NCBI GenBank assembly: GCA_037926525.1
Contig: JAXSOX010000001.1
Coordinates: 1 to 32,008 of the forward strand
Direction: 5' to 3'
DNA length: 32,008 nucleotides
Origin: Aquificaceae bacterium
Lineage (GTDB): Bacteria > Aquificota > Aquificia > Aquificales > Aquificaceae
A program made the translations under genes and the position numbers. Below, one piece after another: positions 23,943 to 32,008 of the stretch. How positions within the stretch are numbered: the stretch's first letter is position 1; each line of letters starts with the position of its first letter. The notes beneath the pieces were generated by a model. The model was not told where the DNA came from, did not search any database, and saw nothing but the letters and a program-made list of their open reading frames with translations.

Positions 23943-26042
23943 ATGCTGAGAGTGGATATTCAAAAAGAGTTCTTTTTGGGAAGGGTTCTTCCAAAGGTTG
24001 TGAAAAGGGATGGTGCTTTTGTGGACTTTGACAGAGGCAGAATTGAGCGAGCCATTTCAAAGGCCTTCAAGGCTGTGGGAGAGCCTCTTGATGGGCAGGT
24101 TCTTGAGGAGCTTGTGTTGGAAGTTGTAAAAAGGGTCCTGCGGTCTGACAGACCTGCGGTTCACGTGGAAGAAATACAGGATATAGTGGAGGAAACGCTT
24201 ATACTCCATGGCTTTGCGAAGGTTGCAAAGGCTTACATTTTATATAGGAAGAAGAGGGAAGAACTAAGAGATATATCAAAGGCTATAGTTGATGCGGAAA
24301 GAGTAGTTCAAGATTACATACACCAACAAGACTGGAGAGTTCAGGAAAATGCCAACGCAAGCTATTCCTTTTCCGGTCTCATGCTCCACACCGCGGGAAC
24401 TGTTATAGCCCACTACACTCTTACACATGTCTATCCTGAAAAGATTGCGAAGGCTCACAGGGAGGGCGACCTTCACATACATGACCTTTCTCATGGTATA
24501 GTAGGATACTGTGCGGGGTGGTCTATGGAGGACCTTCTGAGAAAGGGTTTTAGAGGAGGTCCAGGTAGGGTTACCGCAGGTCCTGCAAAGCATCTATCTT
24601 CTCTTCTTGGTCAGATGGTTAACTTCCTTGGAGTGACACAGATGGAGTTCGCCGGTGCTCAGGCTCTAAATTCTGTGGACACCTTCCTTGCACCCTTTGT
24701 CAGATTAGACAAACTTGGCTATGGTGAGGTGAAACAGCTCATTCAACAGCTTATCTTTTCCCTCAACGTCCCTTCAAGATGGGGAGGGCAGGCACCTTTC
24801 ATAAACTTTTCCTTTGACTGGACAGTGCCAGAGGATATGAAGGACAGGCCTGTCATAATTGGAGGCAAGGAAAGACCCGATATAGGCTACTATGGGGAGT
24901 TTCAGAAGGAGATGGACATGATAAACAAAGCCTTTATGGAAGTGATGATGGAGGGGGACTATGAAGGCAGGATATTCTCTTTTCCCATACCCACCTACAA
25001 TATAACCCCCGACTTTGAGTGGGATTCGGAAAACGCAATGCTTCTATGGAAAATGACCGCCAAGTATGGCATACCGTATTTTCAAAATTTCATATCCAGC
25101 TCGCTAAAGCCCGGTGATGTAAGGAGTATGTGTTGCAGGCTACAACTTGACCTGAGGGAGCTAAGAAGTAGGATGGGGGGTCTTTTTGGAAGTGCGGACA
25201 AAACAGGCTCTATAGGGGTTGTCACCATAAACCTTCCGAGAATAGGCTACCTTTCAAAATCTGAGGATGAGTTTTTTGAAAGGCTCTCCGAGCTCATGAA
25301 CCTTGCAAAGGAAAGCCTTGAGATAAAGAGGAAGGTCATAGAAAGAAACCTGAAAAAAGGCCTTATGCCCTACTCAAGGGAATACTTGCAGTCCTTTGAC
25401 ACTTTTTTCTCCACCGTAGGTCTCGTGGGTATGAACGAGGCTTGTCTTAACCTTCTTGGCGTATCCATAGCGGAGCCTGAAGGCAAGGCCTTTGCTATAA
25501 AGGTGCTTAGATTTATGAGAGAGAAACTTTCGGACTTTCAGGAGGAGACAGGACATCTCTATAACCTTGAAGCAACACCCGCAGAAAGCACATCCTACAG
25601 GCTTGCAAAGATTGATAAAAGTAGGTATGCGGACATAATAACCGCAGGGGAAAAAGAACCTTATTACACCAACTCAACCCACCTACCAGTTAACCACACC
25701 GATGACCCTTTTTTTGTGCTTGAACATCAGGCTGACCTCCAAAGGCTTTACACGGGAGGAACCGTTATCCATGTTTTCCTGCAAGAATCTCCTGATGAAC
25801 TTGCGGTAGCAAGGTTCATAAAAATAGCCTTTGAAAAATACCCTATACCCTATCTTACTATAACTCCTACCTTTTCTGTCTGTGAGGACCATGGATACAT
25901 AAGAGGAGAACACTTCCACTGTCCACATTGCGGAAAGCCCACAGAAGTCTACTCAAGGGTAGTGGGATACTACAGACCTGTTCAACGATGGAACAGGGGC
26001 AAGCAGGAGGAGTTCAGGCAGAGGCTTGAATATACTATTTAA
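23943..26042 (+). CDS. nrdD: anaerobic (class III) ribonucleoside-triphosphate reductase with N-terminal ATP-cone
   Basis: VVKRDG ATP-cone, HIHDL, YCAGW, RSMCCRL, NLEATPAE, CxxH..CxxC metal site, YSRVVGYYRP glycyl-radical loop. Confidence 0.96.
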   Translation: MLRVDIQKEFFLGRVLPKVVKRDGAFVDFDRGRIERAISKAFKAVGEPLDGQVLEELVLEVVKRVLRSDRPAVHVEEIQDIVEETLILHGFAKVAKAYILYRKKREELRDISKAIVDAERVVQDYIHQQDWRVQENANASYSFSGLMLHTAGTVIAHYTLTHVYPEKIAKAHREGDLHIHDLSHGIVGYCAGWSMEDLLRKGFRGGPGRVTAGPAKHLSSLLGQMVNFLGVTQMEFAGAQALNSVDTFLAPFVRLDKLGYGEVKQLIQQLIFSLNVPSRWGGQAPFINFSFDWTVPEDMKDRPVIIGGKERPDIGYYGEFQKEMDMINKAFMEVMMEGDYEGRIFSFPIPTYNITPDFEWDSENAMLLWKMTAKYGIPYFQNFISSSLKPGDVRSMCCRLQLDLRELRSRMGGLFGSADKTGSIGVVTINLPRIGYLSKSEDEFFERLSELMNLAKESLEIKRKVIERNLKKGLMPYSREYLQSFDTFFSTVGLVGMNEACLNLLGVSIAEPEGKAFAIKVLRFMREKLSDFQEETGHLYNLEATPAESTSYRLAKIDKSRYADIITAGEKEPYYTNSTHLPVNHTDDPFFVLEHQADLQRLYTGGTVIHVFLQESPDELAVARFIKIAFEKYPIPYLTITPTFSVCEDHGYIRGEHFHCPHCGKPTEVYSRVVGYYRPVQRWNRGKQEEFRQRLEYTI

Positions 26043-26491
26043 TCGGAGTTTCCACTGGCACGGGCTGGTTCATGCCTGTGCCTGCTTTCCACATCCGCAA
26101 GCTCCGCTATGGTGGTTGTGGTGAGGTATTCCAGTATTCTTTCCCTTAGCTCAGTCCACTTGTGATGAACCACACAGGGAGAACTCTGCCACTCCTCACA
26201 TCTTCCCGGTCTTAAAGCACAGTAATCCAGCTTGTAGTCCTCGTCAAGGTATCTTATAACATCCATTATGGTTATGCTCTCTGGCGGGACCGCAAGGGTA
26301 AAACCTCCCGTTGGTCCTTTGTAGGATTTTAAAACCCTCTCCCTTGCCAGCTTGTGAAAAATCTTTGAAAGAAAGGGCTTGGGAATCCTTTGGGCTTCTG
26401 CGATTTCTTCTACCTTGACGAGTCTGTCTCTGTTTAGGGCAAGGTAGGCAAGCGCCAGCAGTGCATATTTAACAGTTTCTGAGTATATCAT
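26039..26491 (-). CDS. Rrf2-family transcriptional regulator with three Cys (probable Fe-S sensor)
   Basis: YALLAL..LA, IAE...IP..FL.KI...L, S.KG..GGF.LA..PE.IT..DVI; C-x6-C-x7-C-xx-H. Confidence 0.92.
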   Translation of the reverse strand: MIYSETVKYALLALAYLALNRDRLVKVEEIAEAQRIPKPFLSKIFHKLARERVLKSYKGPTGGFTLAVPPESITIMDVIRYLDEDYKLDYCALRPGRCEEWQSSPCVVHHKWTELRERILEYLTTTTIAELADVESRHRHEPARASGNSD

Positions 26492-26499
26492 GAAAATAA

Positions 26500-26542
26500 A
26501 TTATATGTCAAAAGACCCCTTTTGTAAAGTTAAGATTAGAAT
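26500..26542. promoter_or_regulatory. overlapping divergent promoters of rrf2 and glnE with a palindromic operator candidate
   Basis: Minus: TTTACA (26528-26523), 17 nt, TATAAT (26505-26500). Plus: TAGAAT (26537-26542) 6 nt before the glnE ATG. CAAAAG-ACCC-CTTTTG at 26509-26524. Confidence 0.6.
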
Positions 26543-26548
26543 ATAAGA

Positions 26549-29329
26549 ATGTTCCCCTCAGATTGGTGGAAAAAGGCGGAGGAAAGGCTCTACAACCTAC
26601 AAAGGGCAAAAGAAAGTCTTGAGGAGCTTCTGAGAAGACACCCTGAACCCCAGAGCCTTGTGGAATATCTCAACGAGAGGCGGTTTTTGCTCCTCCTTGA
26701 GCTTCTTGACCAGTCAGAGTGCCTTAGAAAATTCCTTGTAAACCATCCAGAGGAGTTCCAGAGAACCATACCGGGTCTTTGGTATGTCTTCAAGGACAAG
26801 AGGATATACTTGCGGGAACTTGAGGAGCTTTTATCTAACTGCGTGTCTGATGAGGACTTTTCAAAGCGTTTGGCTTATTACCGGCATAGGGAACTTATGA
26901 GAGTCATGGCAAAGGAGATACTGGGCACCGCCCGGTATGAGGAGCTACTCCAAGAGTATTCACAGCTACCAGATGCCATGCTGGAGCTTGCCTACAGAAG
27001 AGCCTATCAGGATGCAGTGGAGAAATACGGAGAACCCCTTGAGGAAGGGGGAAAGCGGGCCACCGCCTGCATAATCGCCCTTGGAAAGTTAGGAAGTTAT
27101 GAGCTCAACTACTACTCGGATATAGACATAATGTTTATCCATTCTACAGACAAGGGTCAGGCGGGAAGGCTCACCCTCAACGAGTTCTTCTCAAGGGTCT
27201 TTCAAAGGGTCTTTAAACTCCTCACACAAATAACGCCGGAGGGCAAGCCCTACGAGATAGACCTAGACCTCAGACCCTTTGGAAAGTCTGGACCCATAAG
27301 CATGTCCTTGAGGAGTGCAGAGCTATACTACGAGTCTTACGGGAGAACCTGGGAGCGTTTTGCCCTGCTGAGGGCAAGATACTCTGCGGGTGACGAAGAG
27401 CTTTACAAAGTCTTTGAAAGAGAGGTTAAAGAACCCTTCGTCTTCAGAAGGTCTGTGGACTACAGGATACTTGAGGAGATAAGGCTTATAAAGGCTCAAA
27501 TAGCCAGCGAGGCAAAAAAACGCCTTTTGGGCAAGAACAACATAAAGACAGGAGAAGGAGGCATCCGAGAAGTAGAGTTTGCAGTTCAGTCCCTTGTGCT
27601 ACTGCTCGGTGGCAAGTTTCCCTTTATAAGGGAGAGCAATACCTTTAGGGCAATATGGAAACTCAGCCAGAAAGGTGTCTTTTCAGACGAGGAGGCAGTA
27701 TTTCTGGAAAGGGCTTACGAGTTTCTCAGGAGGCTTGAACACAAGGTGCAAATGTGGAATTGCACACAGACCCAGAGCTTCTCAGAGGCGGATATACCAA
27801 GGCTTGCGAGGGCTATGGGCATGCGGGAGCAGGAGCTCAAGGGGAAATATCAAGAGTTCACAAGAGGCGTAAGCCTTATCTTCTCTCAGATAATGCCCTC
27901 TCAGGAAGAGGAGGATCTACACCCCATACAAAGAGCCTTGCTCAATGGAGACCTTGAGGATGCAAGGGAAGTCCTTAGTGGCTACCGCTTTAGAGACCCC
28001 GTGAGGGCTTTCAACATCCTCCAGAGCTACATAAGCGGAAGAGAGGGCATAAAGCTCTCCACGCAAGAAAAGCAGGCTTTTATAAAAGTCCTGCCACAGC
28101 TTCTTGAAAGCATATCCCAAACGCCAGACCCCGACGAGACCCTTTCCAACTTTGACAAGTTCTTTTCTAATCCAACGGGTAGAAAGGTCATTCTTAGTCC
28201 TGCAAAGGAAGATGTAAGCAAGACTCTTTGTAGGGTATTTTCCTTGTCCTCTTATTTGTCCACTCTCATAAGCAGGTATCCAGACCTTGTGGAGGATGTG
28301 CTTACTCTTTATCAAGACTTTCCAGAGGAAGAGAGGTTTACCGAGGAGTTTGAGAAATACAAGGCTACCCTAAACTTAAGCCATGAAAACCTCTACAGAA
28401 GGTTCAAGAGGGTTTGGGAGATAAGAATAGCACTTGTATACTTAGTGAAAAGAGAAGATAGATACAGAAAGCTCTTTAGCTTTTTTGAAAAACTCTCAGA
28501 CCTTGCGGATTTTATGCTGAGAAATCTTTGGAAAGAGGTGGGTTTTGAGGACACGGTCATCGTGGCACTGGGCAAGTATGGTAGTAGGGAGCTCACCATA
28601 GGCTCTGACCTTGACCTTGTCTTTGTGTGCAAAGAGGCAGGAGAGGAGAAAACAAAAAAAGCTCAGGAGTTTATCGCCTTTCTCACAAAGCATACCTCGG
28701 AGGGCTATTTATACGATGTGGACTTCAGACTAAGACCCATGGGCAGTGCGGGAGAGATAGCCCCGCCAATTGGCTTCTACAAGGAATACTTCCTGCATCA
28801 AGCGAGGACCTGGGAGAGGCTCGCATGGACAAGGTGCAGGTATGTGGCAGGACCCCATGGGCTTGCAGAAGAGTTTGAAAGCCTTCTCAGGAGCTTTCTT
28901 TTTGAGAAACCCCTGGGTGAGAAGGAAAGGAGGGAAATAAGGGACATGAGGTTTGCTCTTGAAGGTAACGCTAAGAAGGGAAAGGGACTTGTTGACCTTA
29001 AGTTCTCTCCAGGAGGCTTGATAGATGCGGAGTTTCTCATTCAGTATTACACGCTTTTAGAAGGACTTAGAGAGCCATCCATGATAAGGGCGTGCCAGAG
29101 GCTAATGGGAAAGTATCCAATACTTAGAGAGACTCACGAACACTATACCTTTCTAAGGCTTGTGGAAACAAGGCTAAGGCTCTCCAAGGAGAGGGCAGGA
29201 TCCTTGCTGGGACCTCAGGAGAGCAAACGGGTGGCAAGCTCTCTGGGTATGCAGGTGGAGGAGCTTCAGGAAAAGGTTGGGCAGAGTATGAGGAGACTAA
29301 GAGAGATATTCCTTGAGGTTTTTGACTGA
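26549..29329 (+). CDS. glnE: bifunctional glutamine synthetase adenylyltransferase/adenylyl-removing enzyme
   Basis: Two nucleotidyltransferase domains: ALGKLGSYELNYYSDID...DLDLRPFG...GRTWER; ALGKYGSREL..GSDLD...DFRLRPMG...A.TWER; NIKTGEGGIREVEF. Confidence 0.95.
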   Translation: MFPSDWWKKAEERLYNLQRAKESLEELLRRHPEPQSLVEYLNERRFLLLLELLDQSECLRKFLVNHPEEFQRTIPGLWYVFKDKRIYLRELEELLSNCVSDEDFSKRLAYYRHRELMRVMAKEILGTARYEELLQEYSQLPDAMLELAYRRAYQDAVEKYGEPLEEGGKRATACIIALGKLGSYELNYYSDIDIMFIHSTDKGQAGRLTLNEFFSRVFQRVFKLLTQITPEGKPYEIDLDLRPFGKSGPISMSLRSAELYYESYGRTWERFALLRARYSAGDEELYKVFEREVKEPFVFRRSVDYRILEEIRLIKAQIASEAKKRLLGKNNIKTGEGGIREVEFAVQSLVLLLGGKFPFIRESNTFRAIWKLSQKGVFSDEEAVFLERAYEFLRRLEHKVQMWNCTQTQSFSEADIPRLARAMGMREQELKGKYQEFTRGVSLIFSQIMPSQEEEDLHPIQRALLNGDLEDAREVLSGYRFRDPVRAFNILQSYISGREGIKLSTQEKQAFIKVLPQLLESISQTPDPDETLSNFDKFFSNPTGRKVILSPAKEDVSKTLCRVFSLSSYLSTLISRYPDLVEDVLTLYQDFPEEERFTEEFEKYKATLNLSHENLYRRFKRVWEIRIALVYLVKREDRYRKLFSFFEKLSDLADFMLRNLWKEVGFEDTVIVALGKYGSRELTIGSDLDLVFVCKEAGEEKTKKAQEFIAFLTKHTSEGYLYDVDFRLRPMGSAGEIAPPIGFYKEYFLHQARTWERLAWTRCRYVAGPHGLAEEFESLLRSFLFEKPLGEKERREIRDMRFALEGNAKKGKGLVDLKFSPGGLIDAEFLIQYYTLLEGLREPSMIRACQRLMGKYPILRETHEHYTFLRLVETRLRLSKERAGSLLGPQESKRVASSLGMQVEELQEKVGQSMRRLREIFLEVFD

Positions 29330-29332
29330 ATT

Positions 29333-29557
29333 TCACAAAAGGAGCGAGGCTACCAAAAAGTAGATGAACACAGATATAATGTCCTGCAGGAAGGTGGCAA
29401 GCGGACCACTTCCATGGGCTGGGTCTGAGCCAAGCCTTTTGAGAAACATAGGCAATATAGATGCTACAAAGCCGGCCACAGTAGAGGTGAGGAGTATGGC
29501 AAGGGATACCACAAGGGCGATTTTTAAATCCTTCCAGAAGATGATGCTAACCTTTTG
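29333..29557 (-). pseudogene. mgtE: 5'-truncated remnant of an MgtE-family Mg2+ transporter (last TM helices only)
   Basis: 74 open codons between in-frame TAA (29560-29558) and TGA (29335-29333): ...LPMFLKRLGSDPAHGSGPLATFLQDIISVFIYFLVA..., the MgtE C-terminal DPA..SGP..T...D....IYF signature. No SD-linked start. Confidence 0.75.
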
Positions 29558-29564
29558 TTAAAAC

Positions 29565-30974
29565 TTAACCTAAGAGAGTCAGAGCCTTTATGACCCTTTC
29601 CACTACCTTTTCCTTTGGCATCACATCGCACAGTATATCCACGCCCACCCCCTCAAGCTCACCGGTAAGAGAAGCCCTTAAGGCATGCCACACATCCTTA
29701 GCCTTCAAGTTTAGCTCCCTTTGTATCTCCTTGGCTATCTCCTTTACTTTTTGTGAGTTTAACTGACCCTCCTGCACCTTCTGAAGGAATAGCTCTAACA
29801 CATCCCTTGAGTGCTGGTTTTCAAGAACCGCCATCGCCTCCTCTGAGTAGCTTAGGCTTTCTGCAAAGAAGGGTCTTAACCTTTCTACGCCTTCCAGCAA
29901 GGTATCAAAGGAGTCTCTGGTCTTTTGGAGAACCCTTTTCACATACTCCTTGTCAGCTCTATAGCCCGCTCTTTCCAAAAAGGGCATAAACTCCTCCACA
30001 AGCCTATCAAGAGAAAGCACCTCTCTTATATATACTCCGTTCATCCACCTTAACTTTTCCTTGTTAAAGACCGCAGGTGCGGAGTTTACCCCTTCCAAGG
30101 TAAACAACTCTATAAGCTCCTCTTTGGAGAATATTTCCCTTCCTTCTTCTGGTGGAGACCAGCCAAGAAGACAGAGGAAGTTAAAAAGTGCAGGAGACAG
30201 ATAACCTTCTTCTCTGTAGTTTCTAACAGAGACCGCACCATGCCTTTTGGAGAGTTTGCTCCGGTCTTCACCCAGTATAACAGGCAGATGAGCAAACTTA
30301 GGGACCTCAAAGCCAAGGGCTTCGTATATGAGTATCTGCTTTGGTGTGTTGGGAATGTGGTCTTCACCTCTAATTACGTGCGTGACACCCATGAGGGCAT
30401 CATCCACCACCACCACAAAGTTGTAGGTGGGCGTTCCATCGCTCCTAACTATCACAAAATCCCCAAAATCATCCACATTTATAGCTATATGACCCTTTAT
30501 GAGGTCTTCAAAGACCACAACCCTGCCATCGGGCACTCTAAAGCGTATGGTATAGGGCTTGCCTTGTCTTTTGAACTCTTCCACTTCTTCTTTGCTTAGA
30601 GCTCTACACTTGCCAGAGTATCTGTATGGCACTCCCTTTTCTTCTGCCCTTTTCCTTTCTTCTTCAAGCTCTTCCACAGTGCAAAAGCAAGGATAGGCAT
30701 GTCCGCTTTGCACGAGCTTTTCCGCATATTCTCTGTATATGTCAAACCTCTCTGACTGTCTGTAGAATTCATCCCATTCTATGCCAAGCCACTTAAGGTC
30801 CTCAAGGAGCATTTCCTCAAACTCCTTTGTAGACCTTTCTCTGTCTGTATCTTCTACCCTGAGGATAAACTTCCCGCGGTGATGTCTGGCAAAAAGGTAG
30901 CTAAATATAGCAGTCCTTGCGTTTCCAAGATGCAAATATCCCGTAGGACTTGGTGCAAAGCGTGAAACTACCAT
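29565..30974 (-). CDS. gltX: glutamate--tRNA ligase
   Basis: RFAPSPTGYLHLGNAR (HIGH), LRVEDTD, THVIRGEDH, KLSKR (KMSKS). Confidence 0.97.
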   Translation of the reverse strand: MVVSRFAPSPTGYLHLGNARTAIFSYLFARHHRGKFILRVEDTDRERSTKEFEEMLLEDLKWLGIEWDEFYRQSERFDIYREYAEKLVQSGHAYPCFCTVEELEEERKRAEEKGVPYRYSGKCRALSKEEVEEFKRQGKPYTIRFRVPDGRVVVFEDLIKGHIAINVDDFGDFVIVRSDGTPTYNFVVVVDDALMGVTHVIRGEDHIPNTPKQILIYEALGFEVPKFAHLPVILGEDRSKLSKRHGAVSVRNYREEGYLSPALFNFLCLLGWSPPEEGREIFSKEELIELFTLEGVNSAPAVFNKEKLRWMNGVYIREVLSLDRLVEEFMPFLERAGYRADKEYVKRVLQKTRDSFDTLLEGVERLRPFFAESLSYSEEAMAVLENQHSRDVLELFLQKVQEGQLNSQKVKEIAKEIQRELNLKAKDVWHALRASLTGELEGVGVDILCDVMPKEKVVERVIKALTLLG

Positions 30975-30982
30975 GAGAAACT

Positions 30983-31011
30983 ATTATAACTTTTTAAGCC
31001 TCTTGTTCCAA
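30983..31011 (-). promoter_or_regulatory. putative leaderless-type promoter of gltX inside the 3' end of the methyltransferase gene
   Basis: TTGGAA (31011-31006), 17 nt, TATAAT (30988-30983), 8 nt before the gltX ATG; no SD. Confidence 0.55.
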
Positions 31012-31805
31012 AGCCCTTTCTTTTTCCTCTCCTCAAAGGTAAGACTAACCTCATGAAGGGAAAGCTCATAAAGGACTCTATGCCTTTCCTTATCTGCGGA
31101 TTCAAGCCTCTTTATGGCGTAAGCCACATACTCTTCAGATATGTCTATTCCTATATAAGCCTTACCTAATAGTTTTGCGGACACAAGTGTAGTCCCTGTG
31201 CCACAAAAGGGGTCTATGACTACACCGTATCTGTCTTCAAGAATAGAGTAGATTATCCTTGTAGGAAGCTCTATGGGAAAAACCGCAGGATGGTCCTTGT
31301 GTCCTTGTTCTGGTCTTATGTCCCATACAGATGTGAGCTTTGCATGACTTGGACTTAGCTCCTTAGGTTTACCCTTTACAAGCCAATATATCCTCTCTTC
31401 AACCTGCCAAAACCTCCATCCTCTAATGTTCCCTGCTATTTTTCTGTTCCAAATAATCTCCTGCCATATATTCCACTTGGTTTTTGTAAGCCACTCAAGA
31501 GGATGTATCATCTTTCCGTTTTCGTATCTAAGCTTGTGGTTGTAGAAAAAACTGCCACCCTCCTTTATCACCCTGTAGAGTTCATCTAAAACGTCTATCT
31601 GCCATCTTTGATAGTCCTCTTCCTTCATAGCATCTTTGTAAGTTTTGTATATCACTTTTGGCACAAGCCAACCGCCATGTTTTTCCTTCTTGTTATAAGG
31701 TGGTGAAGTTATCCCAAGGTCTATGGAGTCAGAAGGCATGTCCCTAAGAACTTCTAAAACATCTCCACATATAACTCTGTTGAGAAACTCTTCTATGCTA
31801 TGCAT
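30984..31805 (-). CDS. site-specific DNA amino-methyltransferase (N4-C/N6-A, beta class)
   Basis: Catalytic TSPPYN precedes HPAVFP and the SAM-binding DPFCGTGTT...GIDIS; SD GGAGG upstream. Confidence 0.92.
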   Translation of the reverse strand: MHSIEEFLNRVICGDVLEVLRDMPSDSIDLGITSPPYNKKEKHGGWLVPKVIYKTYKDAMKEEDYQRWQIDVLDELYRVIKEGGSFFYNHKLRYENGKMIHPLEWLTKTKWNIWQEIIWNRKIAGNIRGWRFWQVEERIYWLVKGKPKELSPSHAKLTSVWDIRPEQGHKDHPAVFPIELPTRIIYSILEDRYGVVIDPFCGTGTTLVSAKLLGKAYIGIDISEEYVAYAIKRLESADKERHRVLYELSLHEVSLTFEERKKKGLWNKRLKKL

Positions 31806-32008
31806 TACCTCCTCCTAAATTCTCTATAAATTCAATGAGTTCTTTTGATAGAAAGCTGTAGAATCTTTTTATGTCTTTACGGATGAATACCACCTTTAGG
31901 TTTTTGCAATTCCTGTAGTGCTTTATAGAAAAACTTGCGGAGCGTAAATACTCACCTTCCCTTCGTTTGCCTTCGGGAAAGCGTTTGTTAATCAAAGTTT
32001 TTAATCTG
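31798..32008 (-). CDS. 3' end of an unknown protein entering from the right edge, possibly the cognate restriction endonuclease
   Basis: Frame stays open to the window edge (RLKTLINKRFPEGK...LGGGNA*). It overlaps the MTase start by 8 nt and supplies its SD. Product inferred from context only. Confidence 0.45.
   Translation of the reverse strand, partial: RLKTLINKRFPEGKRREGEYLRSASFSIKHYRNCKNLKVVFIRKDIKRFYSFLSKELIEFIENLGGGNA

Noticed and set aside
29364-29561. 65-aa plus-strand ORF between glnE and gltX
   Set aside because: It is the antisense of the mgtE remnant, which carries a recognisable family motif.
1-32008. CRISPR arrays, tRNA/rRNA, IS elements, integrase or att sites, clear intrinsic terminators
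   Set aside because: None recognised by eye; intergenic gaps are short and occupied by promoters. tRNAscan/Infernal/ISEScan would be needed to exclude them formally.

Overview
Gene-dense bacterial chromosomal window, probably from a thermophilic member of the Aquificaceae (inferred from protein style and AGGAGGT-N-GCCATG ribosome-binding sites; not verified). About 22 kb (1700-23838) is a denitrification island covering nitrite -> NO -> N2O -> N2. It has four parts: (1) a leftward putative NO-stress/metallocluster operon (two DUF2249-type proteins, cytochrome c', DUF59, a polytopic membrane protein); (2) a clade II nos operon (cyt c, lipoprotein NosZ, nosB, L, D, F, Y, cyt c552); (3) a non-canonical NO-reductase module; (4) nirS-nirN-nirJ-nirF-nirE. 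The NO-reductase module is the most unusual part. It contains an unannotated 59-aa membrane subunit, a CuA subunit II and an eNOR-type subunit I (HSSQQ, no crosslink Tyr) whose second low-spin heme His is replaced by Lys. It also contains a catalytically incomplete second subunit-I paralogue, a SCO protein and, divergently, a Rieske-less cytochrome b fused to 2x[4Fe-4S] and MvhD-like domains. Flanks: 5' part of clpB (coiled-coil insertion, internal SD+ATG), nrdD, an Rrf2 regulator, glnE, an mgtE remnant, gltX and a probable restriction-modification pair at the right edge. No rRNA, tRNA, CRISPR array or transposase was seen.
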